Of a stretch of DNA of 64,000 nucleotides, positions 30,528-44,344 are shown piece after piece. The notes under the pieces were generated by a model. It worked only from the letters and a program-made list of their open reading frames with translations. It ran no database searches and was not told where the DNA came from. Each line of letters begins with the position of its first letter. Within the stretch, counting starts at the first letter, position 1. Made by a program: the position numbers and the translations under genes. The DNA lies in assembly GCF_009914755.1 (NCBI RefSeq), contig NC_060927.1; one strand, given 5' to 3'. Source of the DNA: the human T2T-CHM13v2.0 reference genome, Homo sapiens.

Positions 30528-31253
30528 TGTTACAGTAGGTAGCTAGTAAGGCATGAGCAGGGCAGGAGAGGGCTTCCCGCACCACCTGGAATGTCAGACG
30601 ACCATCAGTTGATGGTCAGGCAGTTGTTAACTGTTTCTCTAAAATAATCATTGGTCACAGTCAGTGCCAGAGAAAGGCAGTCTCCCTGTAGATAGAAAAA
30701 AAAAACAGAAAGTGTTGATCAGCAGCTTCCCAATAAGATCTCAGCAGTTGAGCAGTTGAGCAAGAGGCAGAACGGCAGAGTTTAACTGGTGTGTGACCTC
30801 CTGGGGACATCCAGCTGGTGAGGGAAGAACTCCTCAGGTAAGCAAGAGTACAACTCCAGCAGGCACACTGTGCATCCTCCCCTCTCAAGTGCTAGGCAGG
30901 CACTGCACATGCAGGAAGCGCTCCCCAAGCACTGCACAATCAGGGAAAAAGTAGTGCAAGACCCCGGAAGCATGCCAACATATAAAACCCCAAGTCAAAA
31001 AGTCAAACTGCGCACTTGATCTCTCAAGTTGGCCACTTGGCCCTCTTCCAGGTGTACTTTCCTTCCTTTCATTCCTGCTGTAAAGCTTTTTAATAAACTT
31101 TCACTCACTGCTGCTCTAAAACTTGCCTTGGTCTCTCCTTCTCCCTTATGTCCTTCAAATTCTTTCTTCTGAGGAGGCAAGAATGAGGTTGCTGCAGACC
31201 TGCTGGTAACATATTTTGGTGCCATGTAACTCGAATACCTTCCACTGCTACCA
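30528..31253 (+). mobile_element. MER50-like ERV1 solo LTR with terminal PBS-containing extension
   Basis: Starts tgttacagtaggtagctag; TATA (tataaaacccc), AATAAA; imperfect TSD ggtg/gatg. Confidence 0.85.
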
Positions 31254-31429
31254 GATGGATATTCATGATGGAGGAAGACTGATGCAGAATCTAGAAAAAT
31301 AAACCAAGAGAGGAGCTCAACTTTGATTTAAAATGTAGTATTGTCTTACAGAAAAGAAAAATTCTGTAAACTTTCTGTGAGGAGAAAGGTCTTTGGTTTA
31401 AGGATTGTCTGGAGTAAACCTTTGTGAAA

Positions 31430-31590
31430 GCAGGCACATTTCTTATAATATTGGGACCTCAATTCTCACATTTATAAAATAAAGATGATAATAACTCCTT
31501 CATTAATTATTTCTAAGGATTAATGAGTAACTGCATGTAAAATGTGTACCCACTTGGCAAAAACTAAATATGCACTAATAATGATAGTCT
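31430..31590 (+). mobile_element. MIR fragment
   Basis: acctcaattctcacatttataaaataaagatgataata...aaggattaatgagtaa core. Confidence 0.6.
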
Positions 31591-31619
31591 TCATTAAAGA
31601 AAAAAAAAACTTACATTGC

Positions 31620-31980
31620 TGTACTGAGATAATGACATAATAAGTCATCCTGAAAAGAAATTCAAAATGTTGTTCCCAAAACAACCAAAGCTCATTTCTT
31701 TCTTATGTAACAATTCCAAAGAGAGCTCCCTTTAAGGAAGCTCTCTGCTCTGGGAGTTTAATAAGGGACCCAAGTTCTTTCTTTGATATGGCTCCACCAT
31801 TCCATAGATTCTTTTCATCATCCAGGTTACAGCTGCCAGGAAAGAGAAACAGCGTATGAAAAAGACACACCCACTCTGTTGAGAGCCCTGGACTAAAAGT
31901 GGTTCAAACTATTTTTGCTTACTTTCAATTGAGCAGAATTAGCTGCATGTCCCTCGGTAAGAGGCTAAGTGTACAACCAT
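31620..31980 (-). mobile_element. Old MaLR LTR (MLT1K/L-like)
   Basis: agggacccaagttctttc...ggctccaccat; aaagtggttc...cttactttcaattgagcagaattag. Confidence 0.45.
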
Positions 31981-31999
31981 GGTTCTCTTTCTTATTTTA

Positions 32000-32420
32000 G
32001 CTGCAATTACAATGCAAGGTTCCAGTCTGGCTCACAGTCACCTCATACCACATGCATACTGTCTTGATCCTATGCCATGTCTTTTTCTGATTTTTGCCTG
32101 TAATTTTCCCAGTAACACACAAACACAATTTGGAAGTGCAGGAACATTAAGAGGAGCAGGAAGGGTATAATATGTCCATCAGAGCTAATGGAAAAATTCT
32201 CCAGCTTTAGTTATTGAGAAAGACCGTACTGAGAGGATTTCTGTATTTGTCTTAGAACACCCCATGGCAGCAACTCCAGAGCATCCTTATGTTGAGACTC
32301 CTCCTAACTTGTCTCTCTCTCTCTCCCCCCTCCATTGCTATGCTTCTTGAAATCGGTTCTCAAGTAAACTATCTGCACACAATTATTTTTCTAAGGTTCT
32401 GCTTTTGGAAAAACTCAAGT
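32000..32420 (+). mobile_element. Ancient ERVL LTR fragment (LTR16/33-like)
   Basis: 3' motif ctcaagtaaactatctgcacac...ggttctgcttttggaaaaactc. Confidence 0.4.
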
Positions 32421-33437
32421 CATAATTATTCACCATTTATTTATAAAGAGTCAACTGTATTTTCAAACCTTCTCCTCCTAGTAAAGTCATTCATCTTGAA
32501 CAAGAGAAAACAAAAGATGCAGTAACTATATCTATCTTATTCTATTTAATTAATTTATATAATTTTATACCAACTTAGATTTATCATTGTCTTTTTAACT
32601 GTGACAATAGTGGATTCTTGAACACTTTATTTATGAGAATTTATAAATTTTCATTACTCTCCTATACCAATAAATGAGTATGAAAACCTATCCAGTGGAT
32701 TATTTTGCTTTCAAGTTTTTTCTTATTAACAGAGAAAGATGTTAAGAAAATGATAAATGATATATGCTCATTTTAATCATATTACATTTCTAGAGTCATT
32801 TCTAGCTTCATGTCAGAGTCTATAACAATAACAAATATAATAATAAAAGAAAACCGTCATGCTGACGCATAGTGGGGTTAAAGTGAGAAACTAAAGCACA
32901 AAATCAATACATCAAGTGTTTGTTAAAAGTTGATAATCCTGGTAGACACTACACCTCTATAAGGATGAACAGTGTGTGGTGGCAAACCCAATTAACACAT
33001 ATTCAGACAAATTCTATTCATTTCAGTGCTATTGCAATATCCAAGGTGGAGATGTTGTCAAAAGGGAGCTATTTTCAAGTTTGCATTTATCTATTAGATT
33101 CCTGCAAAACAACATGAATTTTCACAAAGCAATAGATCAGCTCCCCTTTCAAATCATTGTTCCTGGAGTGTCTTAGCAGGAGTTATGCCAATTTTCATAG
33201 CACGACCAATTTCTGCTTTATGAATCACTTGTCTACATTGTAAGTCCTGCCAAACTATGAAAAAAATAATTACTTGTGGACAGGAAATATTCAGCTGTAA
33301 ATTACTTTGATTTCCCTTTACCTAAATTCAGTGTTCTAATTCCTTAATTCTCATTCCACTGTATTATTACTGTTTCTATTTTAGCATCTCATACAAGCTA
33401 TAACCTTATTGCAAAATATTAAATAAGCAAATGTGTA

Positions 33438-33438
<1 letters not shown>

Positions 33439-33468
<30 letters not shown>
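33439..33468. repeat. (CA)n microsatellite
   Basis: Seen directly. Confidence 0.9.
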
Positions 33469-33475
<7 letters not shown>

Positions 33476-33696
33476 ATACTCAAACATTTGTAAATCAGTA
33501 AATCATTGGCTTTGCTTACCTTACAAGCATTAATTTGCAAACACAAAGCAATGAAAAAACTTCTATACTCTTTTAAAATGTGTAAAATTAAGCGGCAACA
33601 TTAAGTAGGACATCTACCAAATTCTTAAGTGCATATATTTTATACCACCATTTCATTTGGTTGTGTTTCTAGTCTAAATCTAAAATTATCTGACGT

Positions 33697-34017
<321 letters not shown>

Positions 34018-35034
34018 GAAATTATTTGATATTAATATACTTTCCACAAAATCCTATAATCCATGAATACCCCTAAATCTGCACATTGTATTAGCAATAC
34101 TGTTCGATATTTTAAAGGTTCATTTTGCTATCATGTTCTGAAACAGGTACATGAGTGAGAAGAATAACAGCTTTGCATTCCTCCCGAATATGAATAGGTT
34201 TGCTGAATTAACTTTCTGAAGCAGGTGTTTCTGAACAAGAAGTATCATTGGGAAACATTCAACTTCTGTCAGCATTGGGGATATATTACAATGTAGGCAA
34301 TGACTGTTTTCGTTTTCACTCTCCCTAAATGCAGAAACAACCTCCCTGTTCTTGAGTTTCCATTGCTTTGAAACTCAAAAAAACCCAATTGCCTTCAAGC
34401 CCTTTTATTTCTATTTCAGCTCTTGCTGCACACTGCAAAAGATTTAGCTGGCTTATTTTCTCAGTTATCTTATGGATCCTCCAAGTCAAAAGATCCAGGA
34501 GTGAGAATTTTCTTCTTTATGGACATAAAAGTTTACTATATGTGGAACCACGAGGAGAGTATTTTACATTATCAGCCCGGGTATTTATAAATAAAATTTT
34601 AGCTATGGCGTCATGGACCTCAAACACAAATTTTTAAAATCCTTTTACTATTGTTTTTACTCCTTAAAGAGTATTAAAGTAAGAGCCAAATGATCTCACT
34701 TTTGTAAAAATCATAAAAAGTTTTCCAGAGCTCAACGTGTTCCTTGGCATCGAAGCTTTATAGGCATAATTTACAAATCCACATCTGGAACAGCTCTCTA
34801 GATTTATCCTTGCTTTACCTTCAAGTTAGAGAGAACTCTTAGGTCACAGGATGCTGATCTTATCATAAACTAGTACGAAATCTCTAGTTAAGGAGGGACT
34901 TTTCCTTAGAATTTCATGAAATATATGTTTTATCATGTTTATTTATCATTAAAGAAATTGCTATTCTCAACCACACAAACACACCCATAGAGGTAAGTGT
35001 TGCAATTGTACAACTATATGGGTCCATTTACTGT

Positions 35035-35660
35035 CTTTCATTTGCTTAACAATTGAGTGTTGAACACTTACTATATTCAAGGCACTTTCTAGGTGTTTTG
35101 CATACATCAGAGAACAAAATAGACAAGTTTCCTGCTCTCAAAGAAATTAAATTTTAGGGGAGAGGCAATAATCAATGAATAAAATGAAGAAAGCATATTA
35201 TATACTCTGTAAGAAAAGGGTAGGTGATAAGTGAAACAATACTAGTAGATCAGGGCAAATGGGTGGCTGTGTCTGTAGCAATGTTATTTAAATGAGACTT
35301 CTCTAAGAAGCTGACATTTGGTAAGAGCTCAAAGGAGGCATATCCATCAGGAAATGGAAGATTATTCAGATTTCACGAAGGATTTAAGTAAGGAGCATGC
35401 GTATTGTGGTTGATACTCTCAAAGAAGATGGGTGTAGCTGCAGAGGAATGGGAGAAGTATGCAGGGGGTAGGGGGAATTAATAGCAAGAAATAAAGTAGC
35501 CAAGTCATAAGGATCCTTAGAGAATATTTTAAGGCCTTTGTCATTACTTGAAATAAGGCAAGCAGACATTACAAAGATTTAAGCAAAGGAGTGACAGTGT
35601 ATAACTTATACATTCAAAGGCTCATACTGGCTGCCATATGAGAATATGAGGGCAAGGATA
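35035..35660 (-). mobile_element. L2 LINE 3' fragment
   Basis: ttgaacacttactatattcaaggcactttctaggtg...gaacaaaatagacaagtttcctgctctc; aagcaaaggagtgaca...ctggctgcc. Confidence 0.75.
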
Positions 35661-35939
35661 AAATTATTTTAAATTGTAATTTTCATAAAAGAAAAAGGAA
35701 TTTTAAACATCATTCTAGAAAGCATTTTTTACTTCTTAGATAGATTTAAGTCTAGAATGTTGATCCCAGAATGAATAATATAATAGTAAATATTTAATTG
35801 TACCTATAATTACAATGAAAAATTATGTATCTATACTCATGAAGTTATAAGGTATTTTTTTAAAATAGACAGTTAGCTTATAGTATTGTCATTCATCTCG
35901 ATGAATGCCAAGTAAAAGCAAAATATCATATTTGGCTTT

Positions 35940-37181
35940 CTGTATTATTATTTTACCTATGTATTTTTTATTCTGTACAATTCAATCTTGTTATACACTC
36001 TGTAAGTTTTGACAGCACAGTATTCAAAAACCACAGACCAAATTAAGACATAGAACACTTCCTTAACTGCCCTGTATAAAAGTTCCATGCTGTCTCTGTA
36101 GTCATTTACACTTATTCCAAATCACTCATTTATTATCCACTGTCATACTTTTGTCTTTTGATGAATGTCACAGAAATGGAAACATATAATACCTATGAGC
36201 TTGAGCCTGGCTTATTTCACACAGCATAGTGGATCTGAGATTTATTCATGCTGTGTGTGTCAGTTCATTTTGTTACATTGCTGACTGGTATTTCATTGTA
36301 TGGATGTTACATAATTTGTTTTTTCATTTACCTGTTAAAGAACATTTGGCATGTTTTCACTTTTGAGTTATTACAAACAAAAATGTTATAAACATCTATG
36401 ACCAGATTTTTTTGTGAACAAAATTTTTTGGCGAATATTTTTAAATACATAGGAGTGGAATTGCTGGTCATGTAAGTGTATGTGTAACAATTCAGAAACT
36501 GCCAACAGTTTTCCATCACCTTCTATCCCTACCAACAATGTAGGGAGTTTCATATTAATCTACATTCCAGCTGACACTCATTAATGTCAGTTTAATTTAT
36601 TTTTTAATTTTTTTAGTGTGGCACTGTGATTTTAATTTGCATATTCCTAATGACTAATTATCTTAAGAATCATTATTTAAATGTAATAAATGTATGCAGT
36701 TTATTTTCCAACTGTATACATTTTTTGATAAAGTGTTTATTCAAATCGTTTGTTCATTTTTTTTAGTTGTTTTGTTTGCATTCTTGTTTAGTTTTGAAAG
36801 TTTTTATATATTCTGGACATAGATTATTTGTTACGTAAATGGTTTCAAATATATTCTTCTGATTTGCAGCTTGTCTGTTCATTCCCTTAGTAATATTATT
36901 ATAGGGCAAAGTTTTAAATTTGTATGGTCTATTTCTTTATCTCATATGGTTTTTCCTTTTTCTGCTCTATCTAAGAATCTGTTGAGTAACCCATGTTTAC
37001 AAATACATTATCTTAGGCATTCATATAGAAGTTTTGTAGTTTTACATTTCACATTTAAGTGTGCATGGATTTTTTTTTACATATGGTTATATATAAAAAA
37101 TAATTATTCCAGTACAATTTTATTAAATGACCAGCTTTTCCCCAGTGAAGTATATTTGAAGCTTTCTAAAAATAAATTGCC
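35940..37181 (-). mobile_element. Old L1 (L1ME/MD-like) 3' part; continues at 44160-44340
   Basis: aaatacataggagtggaattgctggtcat; tttaatttgcatattcctaatgactaat; the sequence resumes after the nested insertions. Confidence 0.75.
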
Positions 37182-37400
37182 ACACAGATTAAAAAAGAAA
37201 AAATAAAAAAGATTGCTCTCACTTGCCAAATGACCATCCTAGGGGTATCCTGGAAAAACAGGAAACTTTTGAATAATAATGTTACTCTATAGCCAAACAC
37301 TATAGAAAAATAGTAGTCTTTGTTCCATACACACAGGAAAAGGCTAAGTGAGAATACTAGAAGTCCACTCTCATAAGACAGTAATGAAGCTCCACAATAC

Positions 37401-37873
37401 TGAGAGAAGAGAGAGACCCTCTCATATTGCTTTATACTCAGTACCTGTTTTAAGAAAAAAAAAACAAGGAAGTGAAATCAAAGACAGGCAGCCAGGCGCT
37501 AGGCCCAAAACCAGACCTGGGCCTGCCTGGCCTAAACCTAGTAGTTAAAAATCAACCCATGACTTAGAAAGCGATGTTATTCATAGATTCCAGACATTGT
37601 ATAGAAGAACATTGTGAAACTCCCTGCCCTGTTCTGTTTCTCTCTGACCACCGGTGCATGCAGCACCTGTCACGTACTCCTTGCTTGATCAAATCAATCA
37701 CTACCGTTTCATGTGAAATCTTTAGTGTTGTGAGCCCTTAAAAGGGACAGAAATTGTGCATTTGGGGAGCTCGTATTTTAAGGCAGTAGCTTGCCGATGC
37801 TCCCAGCTAAATAAAGCCCTTCCTTCCATAGCTCGGTGTCTGAGAGGTTTTGTCTGCGGCTCATCCTGCTACA
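37401..37873 (+). mobile_element. LTR2B-like ERV1 solo LTR
   Basis: tgagagaagagagagaccctctcatattg...gtctgcggctcatcctgctaca; 4-bp TSD atac. Confidence 0.9.
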
Positions 37874-39688
37874 ATACCATGGCAGGGGTAATGCCAGAAA
37901 AGGCCAAATAGGGAGCCAGGACTTTCATCATCACCAGCTAATATAACAGGACCTCCCTCCCCCTATGCTGCCGTTCACTGGAGATCACATGGGTAGCTTA
38001 GACACCTACCCTCATCTAGCAGTAATAAGGCATCCTTGCCGCTCTGTGCTGGCTATCTCAGAGAAGTCCTAGTGGATAACTAGGACTTTCAAAATCATCT
38101 GGTAACAAGTTGTAACAAAGCCACTCCAACCACAGTGTTAGTGAAGACCATGTGAGGAGCTGACACTTCCATCCCAGGCTATCAGTAATAAAGAGCTCCC
38201 TCTCAAGTGTCAAAGGAGGCCACCTGGAAGGAACGAGCCATCCATTCTTCTCCTGCCACAGCACTGTCAGAGGAAGCCAATTAAAACAGAATATTTAAAT
38301 AAGATTGAAAATATCATAACATAATATGAAAATATTCATGATTTAATAGCAAATCATTTACCATACCAAGAACCAGGAAGATTTCAAACTAAATTTGAAA
38401 AAAAGATAACAGATGCCAACACTGAGATGACACAAACACCAGAATTACCCAACTAGCATTTTAAATCAGTGATGGTAAAAATGCTTCAATGAACAATTTT
38501 GAACATACTTGAAACAAAATGAAAAAAGATAAAGGCTTAACAAAGAAATAGAATTTCTCAACAACAACAACAACAAAAAAGGAGAATAAAATGGAAAATT
38601 TATAACTGCAATAGTATACAATATCTAAAATAAAATCTCAGTGAAGGGGCACAATATTGCTAAGATGTATGGAAAAAGGAAAGAATTAATGAATTGAAAG
38701 AGGACAATTAAAAATACACATTATAAATAAAAGTTAGACTGAAAAAAATAAGCAGAGCATTACAGACCTGTTTATCACAAAAGATCTAATATTCATGTTA
38801 TCAGAATTTCAAAAGTAAAGAAGAAAGAAATGGAAGCTGAAAAATTACTTGAAGATATAATGGCTGAGAACTCCAAAAAATCTGTTGAGACATAAACTTA
38901 CAGCTTGAGGAAAATGAAAGAACTTCAAAAACGTTAAACACAAAGACATCTATGCCAAAATCATCTTAATCGCACTTCTTACAACTAAAGACAAAGAAAA
39001 AGAAAACAATCTTGAAAGCAGCCAGAAAAAAAGTAACATCATACTTTGGGGAAAAAATTATCTGAATGACAGGTTTTTCACAGAAGTCATGGAGGCCAGA
39101 AGAAAGCAGCACACTCGTTTTGATGATGAAAGAAAAGAATTATCAATCCACAATCCTACATCTAGGGAAAATATCCTTTGAGAATAAAGAGAAGTAAAAA
39201 CATTCTCAGAAGAAGAAAAAGAAAGAATTTGTCATCAGCAGATTTACCCTAAAGAATGACTAACAGAAATTCTCTAAGTAGAAAAGAAACACTGAGAGAA
39301 GGAATGATATGACATCAGATTAGAACAAAATACATGGTAAGCAAAAATTAGGAAAAAATACAGTAAGTTTTCTTACACTTTTTAAGTTTTTTAAATTAGG
39401 GTTGATGGTTAAAGCAAAAATTATAATACTAACTGATACAGTTTAAATATATGTACAGAAAATATTTAAGTCTATTAAATTATAAGCAGAGAGAATAAAG
39501 GACTGTAAAGAGTAGTAAGGTTTATATGTTCTGCTTAAATTTCATTACCTAAATTTCATGGAGGTTAGAAGATATATATAAACTGTAATTTTGAATTACT
39601 ACATAAAGGAAACCTGCAATTTGAACTAATTTGGAGATAATAAGTTAAAAGAACATAGACAAATATATGATTAGTTTTATATACTCTT

Positions 39689-40119
39689 TGGAATGGTTAA
39701 TTTTATTGTCAACCTGGCTGAGCCACAGTGCCCAGATATTTAGTAAACATTATCCTGGATGGTTCTATGGTAGTGTTTTTGGATAAGATTAACATTTAAA
39801 TTGGCAGAGTTTGAGTAAAACAGAGTGCCCTCCATAATGTGTGGGCTTCATTCAATCAGTTGAAGGCCTTATTAGAACAAAGACTGACCTCCCACAAGCA
39901 AGAAGGGATTCTTCCAGGAAACTGCTTTGACTTCCAGTGCAGCTCTTCCAGGAGTCTCCAGGCTGCAGGCCAATGCTATCAGATTTTCAGATTTTAGAAT
40001 CTCCAAGCTTCTGCAATTGCACGAGCCAATTCCTGTCTATCTTTCTATTTCTGTCTCTCTTTGTCTGTGTCTCTGCCTTTGTCTATCTCTTTGTCTCAGC
40101 ATCTGTCTCCATATCTATC

Positions 40120-40156
<37 letters not shown>

Positions 40157-40165
40157 CTAATATAC
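39689..40165 (+). mobile_element. MLT2-type ERVL LTR with internal (TC)/(TG)n microsatellite
   Basis: atggttaattttattgtcaacctgg...gccctccataatgtg...caatcagttgaaggcct; end gactaatata; approximate TSD ctctt/ccctt. Confidence 0.85.
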
Positions 40166-41603
40166 CCCTTGCTGATTTTATGTCTAGTTCTTCTATTAAC
40201 TGTTGACAAAGGGGTGTTGAAATTTTCAACTACAATTTTAAATATGCTTCCACTTCAGTTTTATCAATTTTGATTTACATATGTTACCTCTCTGTTGTTT
40301 GGTGCATACACATTTAGAATCGATACATAATCTTGGTGTATTGACTCTTTAACCATTATAAAATGATATGTAAATACTTTCTGCTTCTCTCTACATGTTA
40401 CCTTATTCTAGAGTGACTCAGGACATCTACAGGCTCCATTTCTGAGGTACCTACTATGATATGTCGTGTTTTAGACTGCAACAAAATAATTTCAACCGAT
40501 TTAAATAATTACAATTATGAATCTCTTCTCAACATAAAATGTAACCAAACTAGAAATAAATAACAATTTTTTTCTTCATTCTGAAGAATCAGAAAAAAAC
40601 GCATTTGTAGAAAATTTATGAGTCAAAGAGGAATCAAGAAACACATTTAAGTGAATAAAAATGAAAATGTAACATATTAATAGTTGCAGAACATAGCTAA
40701 AACACTAACGAGTGGTCAACTTGTAACACTAAATTTGTGTGTTAGAAAGAAGACACCTCAAATAACTACTCTCAATTACCACCTCAAGAATCTAGAAAAA
40801 GAAAATAAATCCAAAGCTAGCTGAATGAAAGAAATAATAAACATAAAAGCAAAAATCAATGAGATTGAAGACAGAAAAACAATAGAGAAACTCAGTAATA
40901 CAAACAGCTGGTAATTTGAAAACAATAAAAAAACTGATAGAATTTTAGTAAGACTAATAAAGGAAGAGAAAACACAGATTGTTAATATTAGAAATGAAAT
41001 AGGGCATGTCACTAGAAACCCTGCAGATATGACAAGGATAAAAAAAGAATATTATGAAAAACTCTACAAACATAAATTTGACATTTTAGATGAACTGGAC
41101 CAGTTACCCATAAAACCAAACTACTGGAACTCACTAAATATGAAATACATAATTTAAATATTTTATAAACATAGTTCAAAAAGTAAACAAAACAAAAATC
41201 CCAGGCTAATATTCCTCATAAATATGGAAGAAAATTTTTGTAACATTAGCAAATAGAAATCAACATTATATAAATAGAATTATACACCATGAAGAAGTGA
41301 GTTATTTTAGAAATGTAAGACTTCCAATATTTGCAAAGCTATTAATTTAATCTACCAAATTAACAAGCTAAAGAAAATCAGATGATCATATCAATTAATG
41401 AAGAAAAAGCATTCAACAAAATTCAACACATATTCATGACAGAATCTCAAAAAATAGGAATAGAGGAGCACTTGCTCAAAGATGAGGAACAAAGAAAGCA
41501 TGTCCATTCTCTTATTCAAAGCAAGCTGTCCACTCTTATTCAAAATAGTGCTGGAAGTTTTGCCAGTGCAATATAGCAAGAAGAGCAAATAAAAGACACA
41601 CAG

Positions 41604-41684
41604 TGCAGTGAGCCGAGATTGTGCCACTGCACTCCAGCCTGGGCAACAGAGTGAGACTGTCTCAAAAAAAAAAAAAAAAAAAAA
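41604..41684 (+). mobile_element. Severely 5'-truncated Alu (last ~60 nt plus poly-A)
   Basis: tgcagtgagccgagattgtgccactgcactccagcctgggcaacagag followed by an A tract, inside L1 ORF2. Confidence 0.9.
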
Positions 41685-43859
41685 GACAGATCAGAAAGAC
41701 AGAAACAAAAGTCTCTATCTGTAGATTACATGATAGTCTATGGAGACAATAATAAGACATCTCTAAAAAAAAAGAAAACCTAGAAATGTCAGGTAAGTTC
41801 AAAAATTGAAAGATAAAACATAAAAAATCAACTGTACGTCTATATACTGTCAATGATGAAACAGACAATAAAATTAATAATCCAGTATTATAATTTGCAT
41901 TTACAATTATGATTACAATTACTTCAAAGACAATGAAATATATGTGTAAAACTAACAGAATATGTGTAGTGTCTGTATGCCAAAATATATGCAACAACAA
42001 TGAAGGAAATCAGAGAAGATTTAGATAAAAGGGATACCTTGTTTATGAATTGGAAAACTCAAAAGCGTAAATATGTCAGTTGTCTCCAAATTAGTACCTA
42101 GGTTTAACATGATTTATATATAAATTTCTACAACGTTTTTATGTGCATAAAGATGAAATTATTCTAAAATATATATGAAAAGTTCAAGAAAGTAAAAGAA
42201 TTTGAAAAAGACGTGAAGAATGAGTCTATCCAATTTCAAAACTTATTATGTAGCTACAGGAATCAAGACTGTGTAATACTGTGGGAAAGATAGGCACAAT
42301 TTAATGGAACAGAATAGAAAACCCAGAAAGAAAAAACTCTTAACAAATGTTTTTAAAGCAATTGAACAATCATAGAAAAAGCAAACAAAAACAATCTCTC
42401 AACCTAAACATTACACCTAATAAAAAAATTAATTCAAAAACGGATTATAAACTTACATGTTAACTGTAAAGTTACAAAACATTTGGAAAAATAAATCTTG
42501 GGAAAATGTCTGACAGGCATTATGCTAAGCAAAAGTTCTTTAGATCTGACAACAACAGTGAAGGAAATATCCATAATTTGAGCTTCATCAAAATTAAAAA
42601 CTTTGCTCTGTGAAAGACTTACCTTCTTAATTTTTACAAAAAAAATAATGAAACCATGGGCAAATCTTTGGACTCTAGGCATGATCAAAGAGTTATACTT
42701 GACATCAAAATCAGAACCCATAGATACAAAATTTATAAGTTGTACCTGATCAAAATTAATTTTTTTTGTCATGTGAAAGGCTCTATTAAGGTAATGATAA
42801 GACAAGCTGCAAACTGCGAAAAAATATTTGAAAATTACATATTCAACAAAAACTACACGTAGAATATATAAAGAACTCTCCAAAATAAACATTTTTTGAA
42901 AAGAACCAGCAATTGGACTAGAAATGGGAAGGAACAGACATTTCACCAAAAAGATTATACAGATGGCAAACGAGCATACGAAAAGATGTTTAACATCATT
43001 AGCCGTTAGGAAACTGTAAATTACAACCACAATGAGATATCATGATACATCTATCAGAATGGCTAAATTTAAAAATTAAAAATATATACCAACACCAATT
43101 GCTGGAGATGATTCAGAGAAACTGGATTACTAAATCATTGCTGTTAGGAATATAAAATTACATGGCCACTTTGGAAAAGTTTGGTACTTTTTACAAAATT
43201 AAACATGGCAACTATCGTACGACCAATGATTTTGCTCTTGAGAATTTATCCCAGAAAAACTACAAACAAACGAAAAAACCCAAAATTTATTTTCATACAA
43301 AAACCTTTACATGAATGTTTACAACATTTATCATGGCCAAAAATGGAAGCAATTACAATGTACCAAATGTGAATGGCTAACCTACCAGTGGTACATCCAG
43401 ATACAAAATAGCACTTAGCAATAAAAAGGAAGAAACTACTAATAAAATTAGCAACCTAGATAAATTTCCAGAGAATTATGCTGAGTGAAAAGAAAGAATC
43501 CTAAATGTTTACATCCAATTATTCTATTTGTATAACTTTGTAAAATGACAAAATTTAACAGGTAGAGAAATGAATAGTAGTCACTAATGGTTAAGGTGAC
43601 AGGGTGAGGATGCAAGGGAAGTAGGTGTTGCTACAAAAGGGCAACATGAGGAGTGCTTGGGTGGTAGAAACATTCCATATTTTGATTGTGTCAATGTTAA
43701 TATTCTGGTTGTGATACTGTATCACAATTTTATATGATGTTACCATTAGAGATAACTGGATAAAAGATACACAAGGTCTCTCTGTACTACTTACTTGTTA
43801 TAATCTATGTGATTTTTAAATCTAAAATCATTTCAAAGTTGAAAGTTAAAAATAAATTA

Positions 43860-44159
<300 letters not shown>

Positions 44160-44344
44160 AAATAAATTACCCGTATATATGTGGCTCTATTTTTGGATTC
44201 TATTTTCCACTCCATTGATCTGTATGTCTAAACTTTCACCATTATCATACTGTCTTTATAGGAAGTCCTTACTTTATCTGTATCTTTATAATAAATCTTA
44301 AAATCAGGTAACATGAGTCCTCCCGTTGTGTTCTTCCCTTTAAT

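Larger units (their letters stand above)
37182..43847 (+). mobile_element. Long degenerate L1 (L1MD-like) with 5'UTR, ORF1/ORF2 remnants and 3'UTR; carries nested insertions
   Basis: A-rich sense ORF1/ORF2 remnants (e.g. MIISINEEKAFNKIQH at 41382); 3'UTR aaagggcaacatgagg...gatgttaccatt; TSD aaaaataaatt(g/a)cc at 37168-37181 and 43848-43861. Confidence 0.8.

Noticed and set aside
42434-43030. Longest ORF in the track (198 aa, minus)
   Set aside because: Antisense to A-rich L1 ORF2 remnants; F/I/V-rich chance ORF.
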